IMG/VR virus record: IMGVR_UViG_3300045971_000431
Span: 23,756 to 87,755 of that record
DNA: 64,000 bases
DNA from: a virus
Direction: 5' to 3' (one strand)
The notes under the pieces are model-generated. The model worked only from the letters and a program-made list of their open reading frames with translations, was not told the origin of the DNA and made no database searches. Positions 43,209-52,028 of this stretch are shown in pieces. Both the position numbers and the translations under genes were made by a program. Positions within the stretch are counted from its first letter, which is position 1; each line of letters begins with the position of its first letter.

Positions 43209-43802
43209 TTAGGCGTTGTTGCCGCCGAGAGCAGTGCCGTAGCCAGCGCCGGATTCGATGTGACGTGCGTGGTCAAAGCGGATGGACATCGTGATCGTGG
43301 CAGCTTCAGAAGCCGAGTAGTCACGGTCACCGAAGTCGACAGAAGCGAAGTAGCAACCTTCGAGCATCCACGATTGGACAACGCCTTCGTTACCGTCGAG
43401 CTGGTCGATGGTGGCAGCGAACTTGTAGTCAGAACCGGTAGCAGCGGTGTTGAGCCAACGGCCGTCAAGGTCAGCACCGATCAGGCGCTGCATTGTCTCG
43501 GCTTGGTTCTTGATGACAGTGGCTGCGAGGCCAGTGATGTCGTCTTCAACGGTGACGTTGATTGGTTCCCACGAGTGCTTGCCAGCGATGTAGGCCACCG
43601 AGTTGTAGCGGTGAAGCGCCACTTCTTCGTAGGTCAGATTTGGCAGCGTGATGGTCGTGACCTGCATTGTGAGGTCCTTGCCATTCGTACCAGATACCAG
43701 AGCACCGATGTTCTTGAACGTGATGCGGAACTTGTTCTTGAGACGTGGGTGCAGGATACCTGGACCTGCGCCTGGGATACCGAAGTTGCTGAGATTTGCC
43801 AT
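43209..43802 (-). CDS. Tail tube protein (gp19-like)
   Basis: NKFRITF, YIAGKHSWEPI.VT..DD, W.LEGC, SIRFD. Confidence 0.9.
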   Translation of the reverse strand: MANLSNFGIPGAGPGILHPRLKNKFRITFKNIGALVSGTNGKDLTMQVTTITLPNLTYEEVALHRYNSVAYIAGKHSWEPINVTVEDDITGLAATVIKNQAETMQRLIGADLDGRWLNTAATGSDYKFAATIDQLDGNEGVVQSWMLEGCYFASVDFGDRDYSASEAATITMSIRFDHARHIESGAGYGTALGGNNA

Positions 43803-43876
43803 GAGTGCTCCTGCTGAGAGGGAGTTGTTCTTACCACCTATTTATGCTTGCGGCATGTATGGGCGACGTTTCTGGG

Positions 43877-44440
43877 TCAGACCTTCTTACCGTCCTTGTA
43901 GATCGTGTCGAAGGCTTTCACAATAAAGCGCTCTGATCGCTCAGCAAAGACGCCTCGTTTGAGAATAGCAATGCGCTCTGGGGTCAAGTCACGAGCTCGA
44001 AGACCATGCTGAAGGAAGCAATGGACAGGAACTGGTACATCACCATTGGCCATCTTGACCGCAAGCATACGAGCCCGGCCCTCGTGACCTGTGATCTTGG
44101 CTGGACCCTTGTCTTCATCGCCAAGGCTGATGTTGAAGAACGGAATACCGACTGCGTAGCCCTTGAGGATCATCTTGGCAATGCCCTTGGCACGTTCGGT
44201 TGATTCATCTTCAAGTGCTAGCTCAGCAAAGGCCGAAGGCTTCAACATCGTCACAAACCCGTGGTAGTAGACAGACTGGTTGAATGGCACTGAACCTAGA
44301 CCGTCCTTCGCTGAGAACGTGACTTCGCCGATGTGGTAGTTGTCTTCGGCAAGGGATGGATCCCAGGGAGGAACATCGCCCAATTGTTTGGCGTAGATGG
44401 TGCCTTCTGCTTCTTGAAGGAATTGCTTGAATGTCTTCAC
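43877..44440 (-). CDS. Putative internal head protein, ParB/Srx-like
   Basis: MKTFKQFLQE; ITGHEGRARMLA...VPV. Confidence 0.65.
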   Translation of the reverse strand: MKTFKQFLQEAEGTIYAKQLGDVPPWDPSLAEDNYHIGEVTFSAKDGLGSVPFNQSVYYHGFVTMLKPSAFAELALEDESTERAKGIAKMILKGYAVGIPFFNISLGDEDKGPAKITGHEGRARMLAVKMANGDVPVPVHCFLQHGLRARDLTPERIAILKRGVFAERSERFIVKAFDTIYKDGKKV

Positions 44441-44733
44441 GAAATGGGGTTCCCGTGTGTGATGCCATTCTTCCTCATGATTGGCTTGAGATGCTGAATG
44501 ACGGCTTCAACCTCGTCGTCCCATTCAGCATCAGTCTCTACTTGTCCAAGGACGGGCTCGAACAAAAGATCCCAGGCATCAGAACTTACCTCTGTGGCCG
44601 GGATATCGCCCTCCCACCAACGGGCCGCAGATTCAGCTTCGCCTTTGGACAGTCCTAGTTGACGAAACACGAGCTCGATCGGCATGCTGCCGAGAACATC
44701 GTATTCTTCCAGAAACTGTTTGAATGTCTTCAT
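44437..44733 (-). CDS. Putative internal head protein
   Basis: MKTFKQFLEE; TAAATA-N5-ATG. Confidence 0.7.
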   Translation of the reverse strand: MKTFKQFLEEYDVLGSMPIELVFRQLGLSKGEAESAARWWEGDIPATEVSSDAWDLLFEPVLGQVETDAEWDDEVEAVIQHLKPIMRKNGITHGNPIS

Positions 44734-44747
44734 GCTGCTATTTACAA

Positions 44748-44773
44748 CAAAGGGAGACCGAAGTCTCCCCTTG
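44748..44773 (-). terminator. UUCG terminator after sheath gene
   Basis: GGGAGAC-TTCG-GTCTCCC-TTTGTTG. Confidence 0.85.
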
Positions 44774-44789
44774 CGTAGAGTGGAACCGC

Positions 44790-46970
44790 TTAGATTGCGG
44801 CGCTGGTGCTGAGCACGCGGATTGGGATGTAGATGAATTCTGCGGCACGCGTTGGCTTGATAGCAACGTCGAGCCAGAGTTCATTGCGGTCGATCCGGTC
44901 TGGCGTGTTGTTCGAACCATCGCAGATCGAAGCGTAGTCGGTCAGACCGCGCTTGACGAGGATGTCGTTCATGATGCCATCAGAAGCCGTCTTCAGGTTG
45001 TCACGGGTGAGCTGGTCGTTCGGCTCGAACACGAAAGGCAGGGCGCCCTTACGCAGCGAACGACGGAGGTACATCACGAGACGAACAACGTTGATGCGGT
45101 CAAGAGCCGATGCGGCAGGAGCCGACGTCTTCTGACCCCAAACCAAGATGCCACGGCCTGGGAAGAACGTGATTGGGTTGATGTTCTTGTCGTACTCGTA
45201 CAGGTTGTCGAGCTGGCCTTGGCTCAGAACCGATTCCACGAAGGTGGTTGCAGTACCGAGATTGCCGCTGACATAACCCGTCTTCGACACACCAGTGACC
45301 ACACCACGGGCGATACCGGCTGGTGGAGTCCAAACGTAACCGACGTTGTCGCTGTAGGTGATCGTTGCGAGTGCGATGCCCGATGGAGCAATCATCACGT
45401 CACGACCGTCGAGGTTGGAAGCCAGACCCCATGGGTAGTAGTACGCTGCATTCGTGTTGCTGCGACGCTCAGAGGTCAGGGCCCATTGAGCGACCTGGTC
45501 TGGAGTCATGTGGGATGGAGTGTCAGCGAGAACCAGAGCTTCTTCGAAGACGGCAACCGACAGGGAGAGCATCTCGTCCACGGTCTCTGGATAGCCAGGG
45601 CAGAGGATGAGGTTGTACTCGTACAGTGGCGAACGAACTTCAGTGTTGCTGTTGATCTGAGCTTGCAGAGCAGTGACGATTGCCAGGCGGCGTGCACCAT
45701 CGCTGGTGCCGAGTGGTGACGTGATGGTCACTTCGGTGATGACGATGTCATACTGTTCACCAGCTGCGAATGGCGTGGTGCCTGCAGTAACCGTGAAGGT
45801 GATGTTGGTGTGCGAGAAGAGAGCACCAACGGTACCGCTACCCATTGTGCCAGACACTGAACCACGCACGTCGAACTGAGTTGGCGAAGTGAATTGGACC
45901 GAGAGGGTTTCAGGAACGGTGTGGGTTGTAACTGCGAGACCAGAGATCTTGCCATTGCCGATGTTGGCACCAACCGTCACGTTGAAGGTGAAGGTGTCAC
46001 CAGCAACGAATGGAGTAGAACCTGCGTAGATGGAGAACTCAACGCGGTTGTTGTCGAACTTCACGAAAGCTGGGTTCGAAGGAACGTTGGTTGGCGTGAC
46101 TGAACCGGTCCAAGCACCGCTGACCGACGATGCCACACTGAATGCAGTGGCTGACGTGAAGGTGATGGTGTAGGTTTCGGCTTGAGCGAAGACGTCAGGG
46201 ATCAGCGACAGGAAGGTGCCGTTGCCGGTGTTGCCAGCGCCAGGGGTCAGACCAGAGATGCTCGAACCACCGCTTGGAACCCAGGTGTTACCTAGGGAGA
46301 ACAGGAACTTGTCGCCAGCAGCGAAGTGGGTCGTGCCTGCAGCCAACGTGAAGTTGACGAAGTTGGAGCTGAATGGAAGATCCGTCTCACCTTGACCAAT
46401 GTAGCCATCAACGCTGCCAGTGACCGTGAACATGGCGCCAACTGGTGCACCATTTGCATCAACGGTAGGTGGGGTAGTGATAGTGATCGAGATCGTCTGT
46501 GGACGAACGAGCGAGCCGAATGCAGTAACAGGACCAAGAACGCCGTTGCCGATGCCGTTGAAGCTGCGCGAACCAGCAACTTCGACTGGGATGCCGAGGC
46601 TGAGGAAGGTAACAGGTTCGTCGTTCAGATCGATGTCAGCACGAACAACGTAGGCGCGATCGCCTTGGTTCAGGAACTGGTTCAGAGCGAACAGACCGTA
46701 CTCATTGCGTGCATCGCCGTGGTACTCATTGCCAGAGCTGTCCTTGCGGAAGTGTGGCACACCGTAGAGGGCGAGGGACTGGGTGAGCGAGGTAACAGTG
46801 CGTACAACGCCAGCCTCAAGCGAACCGCTTGCAATGGTCTTGCCGTTGGTCTGCAGCTTGCCTTCACGTGTTGCCACGAAGATCAGCGGCACGGTTGGTG
46901 CCGAAACCGGAATGAAGAAGCTTTCGTTGATGACCGAGACGCTTACGCCTGGGGAAACGAGAGTTGCCAT
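44790..46970 (-). CDS. Tail sheath protein (gp18-like) with three inserted beta-rich repeats
   Basis: LVSPGVSV, YYYPW, PAG..RG, INPI, WGQKT, RINVVRL, FEPND, KPTRAAEFI. Confidence 0.96.
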   Translation of the reverse strand: MATLVSPGVSVSVINESFFIPVSAPTVPLIFVATREGKLQTNGKTIASGSLEAGVVRTVTSLTQSLALYGVPHFRKDSSGNEYHGDARNEYGLFALNQFLNQGDRAYVVRADIDLNDEPVTFLSLGIPVEVAGSRSFNGIGNGVLGPVTAFGSLVRPQTISITITTPPTVDANGAPVGAMFTVTGSVDGYIGQGETDLPFSSNFVNFTLAAGTTHFAAGDKFLFSLGNTWVPSGGSSISGLTPGAGNTGNGTFLSLIPDVFAQAETYTITFTSATAFSVASSVSGAWTGSVTPTNVPSNPAFVKFDNNRVEFSIYAGSTPFVAGDTFTFNVTVGANIGNGKISGLAVTTHTVPETLSVQFTSPTQFDVRGSVSGTMGSGTVGALFSHTNITFTVTAGTTPFAAGEQYDIVITEVTITSPLGTSDGARRLAIVTALQAQINSNTEVRSPLYEYNLILCPGYPETVDEMLSLSVAVFEEALVLADTPSHMTPDQVAQWALTSERRSNTNAAYYYPWGLASNLDGRDVMIAPSGIALATITYSDNVGYVWTPPAGIARGVVTGVSKTGYVSGNLGTATTFVESVLSQGQLDNLYEYDKNINPITFFPGRGILVWGQKTSAPAASALDRINVVRLVMYLRRSLRKGALPFVFEPNDQLTRDNLKTASDGIMNDILVKRGLTDYASICDGSNNTPDRIDRNELWLDVAIKPTRAAEFIYIPIRVLSTSAAI

Positions 46971-47061
46971 GGTTTTTCTCCTGGATGGTAGCCGGGTGCA
47001 GCTACTCTGGTTGATTCATGCTGTATTTATGGAGCGAGCAGAAACTACCTTCGGTGGGGGC

Positions 47062-47457
47062 TCACTTTGGTTTGTCGACCCAGATGCTCCACAGGATGTG
47101 GGTGCCTCTGCCCAAGCCCTTGCGCTTCAGCACGTCTTCCCAGGAACGCCAATCTTCACCAGTGTAAACGCCGGGATGTTCCTCTTTGAAGGTCACTCCT
47201 CGTGGCTTGAAGGCAGCAACGATGGCACGCTTCATCATGTCTAGCTCGAACAATAGATCGTCACGTTCGATGCGTCGCTTGATACCGTAAAAGCGAACGG
47301 TGTATTCTACCTTGCCATTTGGGACAGCAAGGTTTGGCCCGTAGTTGACCATCACCTGGCCCAGCCCCATCTGTTGGCCGATCTGCTCACCAGCCACATG
47401 AAGCGAATCTGGTTCAAATCGAGGGGCTTCAGCCAGGAATTCCTTGAAGGTGATCAT
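47062..47457 (-). CDS. Putative internal head protein
   Basis: MITFKEFLAE. Confidence 0.7.
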   Translation of the reverse strand: MITFKEFLAEAPRFEPDSLHVAGEQIGQQMGLGQVMVNYGPNLAVPNGKVEYTVRFYGIKRRIERDDLLFELDMMKRAIVAAFKPRGVTFKEEHPGVYTGEDWRSWEDVLKRKGLGRGTHILWSIWVDKPK

Positions 47458-47855
47458 GCCGGGCCTGCCACCACTTTCACTGTGATCGTGATCCGTTTGG
47501 TGCCAGCTTTGACATCAGCCTTGGCAAGCGGGTTGTGTTTCATTGAGCGATGAAGCTGAATGTTGGGGCCATCCCAATTGACAGCTACGAAGCCTAGAGC
47601 ATCCATGTGCTTGATGAGTTGCTTCTCTGCCAATTTGGTCTGAAACACCAGATCTGCCTTGTCAGTTTCACCGGTGGTCCAGCTCAGGTAGATGAGGCTG
47701 TTGTCGAATGCGTCAGGACCGACTGTTACCTTTTGACCGATGGCCTGGGTTAGCTGTTGGGTTAGCTCACGCCAATGAGTGTGGCCAGAATCCATCATCG
47801 TGGTAGCCACGTCGATACCACCATGCGCCTCGAGAAACTGCTTGAAGGAGATCAT
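47454..47855 (-). CDS. Putative internal head protein
   Basis: MISFKQFLE. Confidence 0.7.
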   Translation of the reverse strand: MISFKQFLEAHGGIDVATTMMDSGHTHWRELTQQLTQAIGQKVTVGPDAFDNSLIYLSWTTGETDKADLVFQTKLAEKQLIKHMDALGFVAVNWDGPNIQLHRSMKHNPLAKADVKAGTKRITITVKVVAGPA

Positions 47856-48742
47856 GGCAATGGTTCTGGCGGGAAGGGAACTGGCCCCTCAGGTGGCTTG
47901 ATCTTCTCGATAGTTGTTGGGATCGAATGCATCTCGATTGGGTCTACCGTACCGTTCGCATTGCTGTCAGAGCCAACAGACATTGTCGGTGGGTTGGTGG
48001 TCGTGTCAACCACGATCTTCGCAAGAGGATCCCCAAACGGCGTGAGGTGCCCGTCTGCATCCACTTCATTCACCACCATCGAACCAAGGCTGGCGATCTG
48101 GATGATGACCTTACGGACCAGGTCGTCTTTCACGCCCATTGGGATGCTCAAGTAGATTGGCACTTCAAAGGACAGGGTCCAGACGATCATGCGACGATCG
48201 GTAGCCGAGGGATAGTTCTCCTCGTTGGCGATATCGGTCAGCTCCACCTTCGTGATACGGGTCCAGTCAAACTCACCATCAGACTTCTGGATCTGGAGGT
48301 CAGGGTTGAAGAGGACCAGGATCTGCTCAAGGATCTGGTGCATCTGTTGGGTGTTCGAGGCGTAGATCGATAGTTCGATCTGTGCGTTGTACGGGATTGG
48401 CATGGCCCGCTTGACGACGGTCAGATCTTCAGGGAAGACCCCGCCGGTCTTCATAGTGACACGCTGGTCCATCAGGCCTGGATTGCGGCGGCGTTCAGGC
48501 GCCAGTGAGAGACCCTGGAGATAGGCTGCCATTGCAGGCAGACTGAACATCTTGTTCTGCGTGTTGCCTGCCATGATGGCTGCGACCACACGATCCTTGT
48601 TGGCAACGACCACGGGCACAGTGATGTACTGCTCCTCATCGCACTCGCCCTTACCGGTCTTGACCTGCAGACCGTAGAAGATGGAGACGAACTGAAGCAG
48701 ATACTGCCGAAGCTGCGCTTGGTAAGTGAAGTGATTGATCAT
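47852..48742 (-). CDS. Tail terminator / sheath stabiliser (gp15-like)
   Basis: HF...LRQY..QF..IF, PIPYN, QILEQILVLFNP, IVWTLSF. Confidence 0.9.
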   Translation of the reverse strand: MINHFTYQAQLRQYLLQFVSIFYGLQVKTGKGECDEEQYITVPVVVANKDRVVAAIMAGNTQNKMFSLPAMAAYLQGLSLAPERRRNPGLMDQRVTMKTGGVFPEDLTVVKRAMPIPYNAQIELSIYASNTQQMHQILEQILVLFNPDLQIQKSDGEFDWTRITKVELTDIANEENYPSATDRRMIVWTLSFEVPIYLSIPMGVKDDLVRKVIIQIASLGSMVVNEVDADGHLTPFGDPLAKIVVDTTTNPPTMSVGSDSNANGTVDPIEMHSIPTTIEKIKPPEGPVPFPPEPLP

Positions 48743-48745
48743 TTG

Positions 48746-49201
48746 TTATTTACGGTCTTCAGGATCGATGGAGCTTAGATCGATATGATCGAATCTGAAC
48801 TCGAGATCAACGCGGAACGGATCTTTCTCTGTGCCTGGATCCCCAGCGATCATGTCACCATTTGTGACAACGCCGGTCAAGTCAGTGTTGACGCGCAATC
48901 CCTTAAAGTATGGAGCAAGCAGCTTGATGAAGAGCTTGGGGAAGAAGAGAGCAAGAGTTTCAGGGTCGTAGACGGTCTTACCAATCTTCTTGGCGCCCAC
49001 ATGAATGTGAATGCGAAGGTACCGATCGTGGGGCTTCTGCCCATTCCAGATGATGATCGTCACATCTTCCCTATGAATCTTCTGCTTCTTCAGCTGTTCC
49101 CAAATCAGGTCTTCAACGATGCGCTCGAATGCTTGCAGCGCATTGTGTACCACGTGTCTCTTGAAGCCCATCTCACCGAGAAACTGCTTGAACGTGATCA
49201 T
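48746..49201 (-). CDS. Putative internal head protein
   Basis: MITFKQFLGE. Confidence 0.7.
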   Translation of the reverse strand: MITFKQFLGEMGFKRHVVHNALQAFERIVEDLIWEQLKKQKIHREDVTIIIWNGQKPHDRYLRIHIHVGAKKIGKTVYDPETLALFFPKLFIKLLAPYFKGLRVNTDLTGVVTNGDMIAGDPGTEKDPFRVDLEFRFDHIDLSSIDPEDRK

Positions 49202-49572
49202 AGCATGCCGTCGTAATCAGGAACACGGTAGCGACCGTAGACGGCTTCACCTGATGGTGACGTGGAGGAGTTAACAGTCTCGAAGATCTCTTCAACGTAT
49301 CGACCGAAATACTCAGTCAGCTTCTTGCGCATCACCTTCTGCAGGATGTTGGCGAACAGAATGCGGTCATCAGGATCTTCGTCTCGAAGATCAGACCATA
49401 CCCGAATGCTCTTGCCATTCCCGTTACTGTTGGCATCTTCTGGCGTTCGGTTCAAGTCGATCTGGTAACGGCGCACCCCGACGAGATCGGCGACCTCACG
49501 CTTGATGTCAATGAGCTTCACTCGGAACTGCTCATGCCAACCTTCAGCGAGGAAGTCTTTGAACGTGATCAT
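49198..49572 (-). CDS. Putative internal head protein
   Basis: MITFKDFLAE. Confidence 0.7.
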   Translation of the reverse strand: MITFKDFLAEGWHEQFRVKLIDIKREVADLVGVRRYQIDLNRTPEDANSNGNGKSIRVWSDLRDEDPDDRILFANILQKVMRKKLTEYFGRYVEEIFETVNSSTSPSGEAVYGRYRVPDYDGML

Positions 49573-51440
49573 AGCTTGCTCGTAATGTCTCGCGTGTCAT
49601 CCAAGTTCAGGATGGCCAATTGTGATGGGCGGTGGGCAGAACGTTCGTCTCGACGGTCTGTCTCGACATAGATCCACTTGTTCTTGACGACACTGAACTT
49701 GTAGAGACGCGCAGCAATCTTCAGCTTTGGATCGTAGTTGAGACGGAAGAACTGACCATCAGTTGCAGACGAAACGTCAGGCAGCTTGAACCCTTCAAGA
49801 TAGGCAAGACCGTCTGGTGGCAGACCATCCTCAGTGTACGGGCCAACACCGTCATACGTGCCAGGTGCGCCAAAGCGGTTCGTACCTGAGCGAGTCTCAC
49901 GAACATTCGTGCCAGTCTCGGGCACCCTCGCCACAGCTTCAGCATGGTTCGCTTCAGCGGCGGTTAGAGGCGCTGTCTGGATCTGTTCGATGCCTTCGAA
50001 GAATGAGCCATCGTCGACGACATACTTCTGCGTGTCAGCCGTTCCGAGAATGTCTCGGTGTTCCTGTGAAGGAATAAGCTGCTGAGCCATGAACTTGTAG
50101 ATGACCGGCTTCCAGCCTGTGGTGTAGCCATCAGCGGCCCAACCCACGTCAGTGACTTCGAGGAACTTCCGGATCGGCTTCAGATTGTGGTCGTACTGCA
50201 TCTGGCTCGGCACTTCAAGCACGTCACCAACAACGATCGGGCGACCCAACAGAGTGATCATCGTAGCGAAGGATGTCGTGAAGGAGTAGATGTCAGCGAC
50301 TTGGAACCCGAACTTGGAAAGATCGGACTGGCTATCGAACGGCTGGTAGGCAGTCAGTAATTGGATGGAGGCGTTCGCATAGTCACGATCGCGGTTCTCC
50401 ATGAAGAGCGGGTCTTGGATGTTGTCGAGGCGCGTGGCTTGGAAGTCAAACATCTCCAGCTTTTCGACAGCCCAAGGATCACCAGTCAGGAAGCCACCGA
50501 ACAGCAGAGGGACGATGCGCCAGTAACGGGCAGGTGCTGATTGCTTCAGACTGATGAGCACTACTGGAACATCAGGCACGTTCACAACATCCACACGGTA
50601 CCAATCGAGTTCCACCTGAGCCGAGAACATGTCGCCTGCAACAAACGCAGTAGAACCAGCGGTGATCTTGAAGGATCCACGTGGTGAGTTGTACTGTGTG
50701 CCTACGTTGGCTACACCGAGAAGCTCAGTACCAGAGGAAGATGTGTACATCACCTGGAAGGTGGCAGCAGTCAGGGCAATTGCCATGAAGACGCCAGGCT
50801 TGGAGTCATATCCCTGAATGTAGCCACCAAGAGAACCATTGCCGGTGCCCGTGAACTGCACCTTGGCTGGGTCGATGCGGTAGCCACCATCAGAACGGTC
50901 GATGCGGATCTGGCGAACTCGGGTAGCCGACAAGGCACCTTGAGTGAGTCGGATCGTCGTGATGTGTTGGGCAGCTGCTACACCCGGACCATTCTCTGGT
51001 TGACCATAAGAGGTCAGGCGAATGCCGAAATCGTAGCCAATGTAAGCAGGTGTCGAGGTCACCGCAAGACCTGTCTCGACACTGGTCCATGCTGTGGCAA
51101 GTGCATCGAAGGCATTTGCTGGAGTACCGCTTGATGCGATTGCTTGACCATTCCCGGTCAGATCAATCAGCTTCCCCTGTTCATGGACACCAAGCAGCTT
51201 GAAGACATTGACTGGTGCACCTGAGATGCTGAGTGCTTCAGCGGCCAGACTTTCTTGGTAGTCAGTCTCAGGGGTAGCGCACTCGCCCTGCGTGATCTTC
51301 ATGTCGCCGATGCAAAGCTCGGGCGGATTGTACGGATTAGACGGGGCCGGTGGGGTTGCAGGCAGGCCACCATGTGGCTGACTGTTGAGGGAACCGGCGC
51401 CGTCTGGGCAACTCGTGATTGGGAGCTTTGGAACTGTCAT
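49569..51440 (-). CDS. Neck protein (gp14-like) with large insertion
   Basis: IQDPLFMENRDRDY, DLSKFG, LGRPIVVGDVLE; lies between gp13 and gp15. Confidence 0.75.
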   Translation of the reverse strand: MTVPKLPITSCPDGAGSLNSQPHGGLPATPPAPSNPYNPPELCIGDMKITQGECATPETDYQESLAAEALSISGAPVNVFKLLGVHEQGKLIDLTGNGQAIASSGTPANAFDALATAWTSVETGLAVTSTPAYIGYDFGIRLTSYGQPENGPGVAAAQHITTIRLTQGALSATRVRQIRIDRSDGGYRIDPAKVQFTGTGNGSLGGYIQGYDSKPGVFMAIALTAATFQVMYTSSSGTELLGVANVGTQYNSPRGSFKITAGSTAFVAGDMFSAQVELDWYRVDVVNVPDVPVVLISLKQSAPARYWRIVPLLFGGFLTGDPWAVEKLEMFDFQATRLDNIQDPLFMENRDRDYANASIQLLTAYQPFDSQSDLSKFGFQVADIYSFTTSFATMITLLGRPIVVGDVLEVPSQMQYDHNLKPIRKFLEVTDVGWAADGYTTGWKPVIYKFMAQQLIPSQEHRDILGTADTQKYVVDDGSFFEGIEQIQTAPLTAAEANHAEAVARVPETGTNVRETRSGTNRFGAPGTYDGVGPYTEDGLPPDGLAYLEGFKLPDVSSATDGQFFRLNYDPKLKIAARLYKFSVVKNKWIYVETDRRDERSAHRPSQLAILNLDDTRDITSKL

Positions 51441-52027
51441 GCGATTGGATCCGTAATGACAAGTTGGCGATCATCGGGATCTACCATGACGTTGCCATCA
51501 TGTAGGTCAGTGCCGTCTTTGATTTTTGATAGGAACAGCGCGATTGCTTTCACGTCTTCGTCTTGCGTATTGGTTGCTAGAACTTCCCAATCGTCGGGGC
51601 TCCAGTCTTCCAGTGATGTTACTCGCCGCACCATCTTCGTTAGTTGTTTCGGTTTGAGATTTAACGGTGCCAGCGCCTGGGTTTCCCAATCACGCGCAAG
51701 CTTCTTGATTTCGGCAGCTGATGCATCGCGCAGCTTCTTCATGAAAACGATGCCGATCCTGTTGCCATCCTCGTCCTTGGTGTATTTCACGTCAGCAATC
51801 TTAGGCACAAATCGATTGTCTTGGTTGCGGCGGCACCACCTCAGGTAACGCTGGTATTTGGTATCTGATGCAGGATCGAAGACCTTCACCACCATGTTGG
51901 TATAAGCAGGTGATTGAAACACGTGTGCGTAGTAACCCGCGCCAAGCGTCTCGATGCGCTTCATCTGACGCAGCCGTTTGATGTAGTGCTTCGCCCGTTC
52001 CTCGAAAAGCAATTCGCATACTTGCAT
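51437..52027 (-). CDS. Protein-kinase-like protein
   Basis: LGAGYYAHVF, VVKVF, MKKL, DLHDGNVM, VITDP. Confidence 0.8.
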   Translation of the reverse strand: MQVCELLFEERAKHYIKRLRQMKRIETLGAGYYAHVFQSPAYTNMVVKVFDPASDTKYQRYLRWCRRNQDNRFVPKIADVKYTKDEDGNRIGIVFMKKLRDASAAEIKKLARDWETQALAPLNLKPKQLTKMVRRVTSLEDWSPDDWEVLATNTQDEDVKAIALFLSKIKDGTDLHDGNVMVDPDDRQLVITDPIA

Positions 52028-52028
52028 G

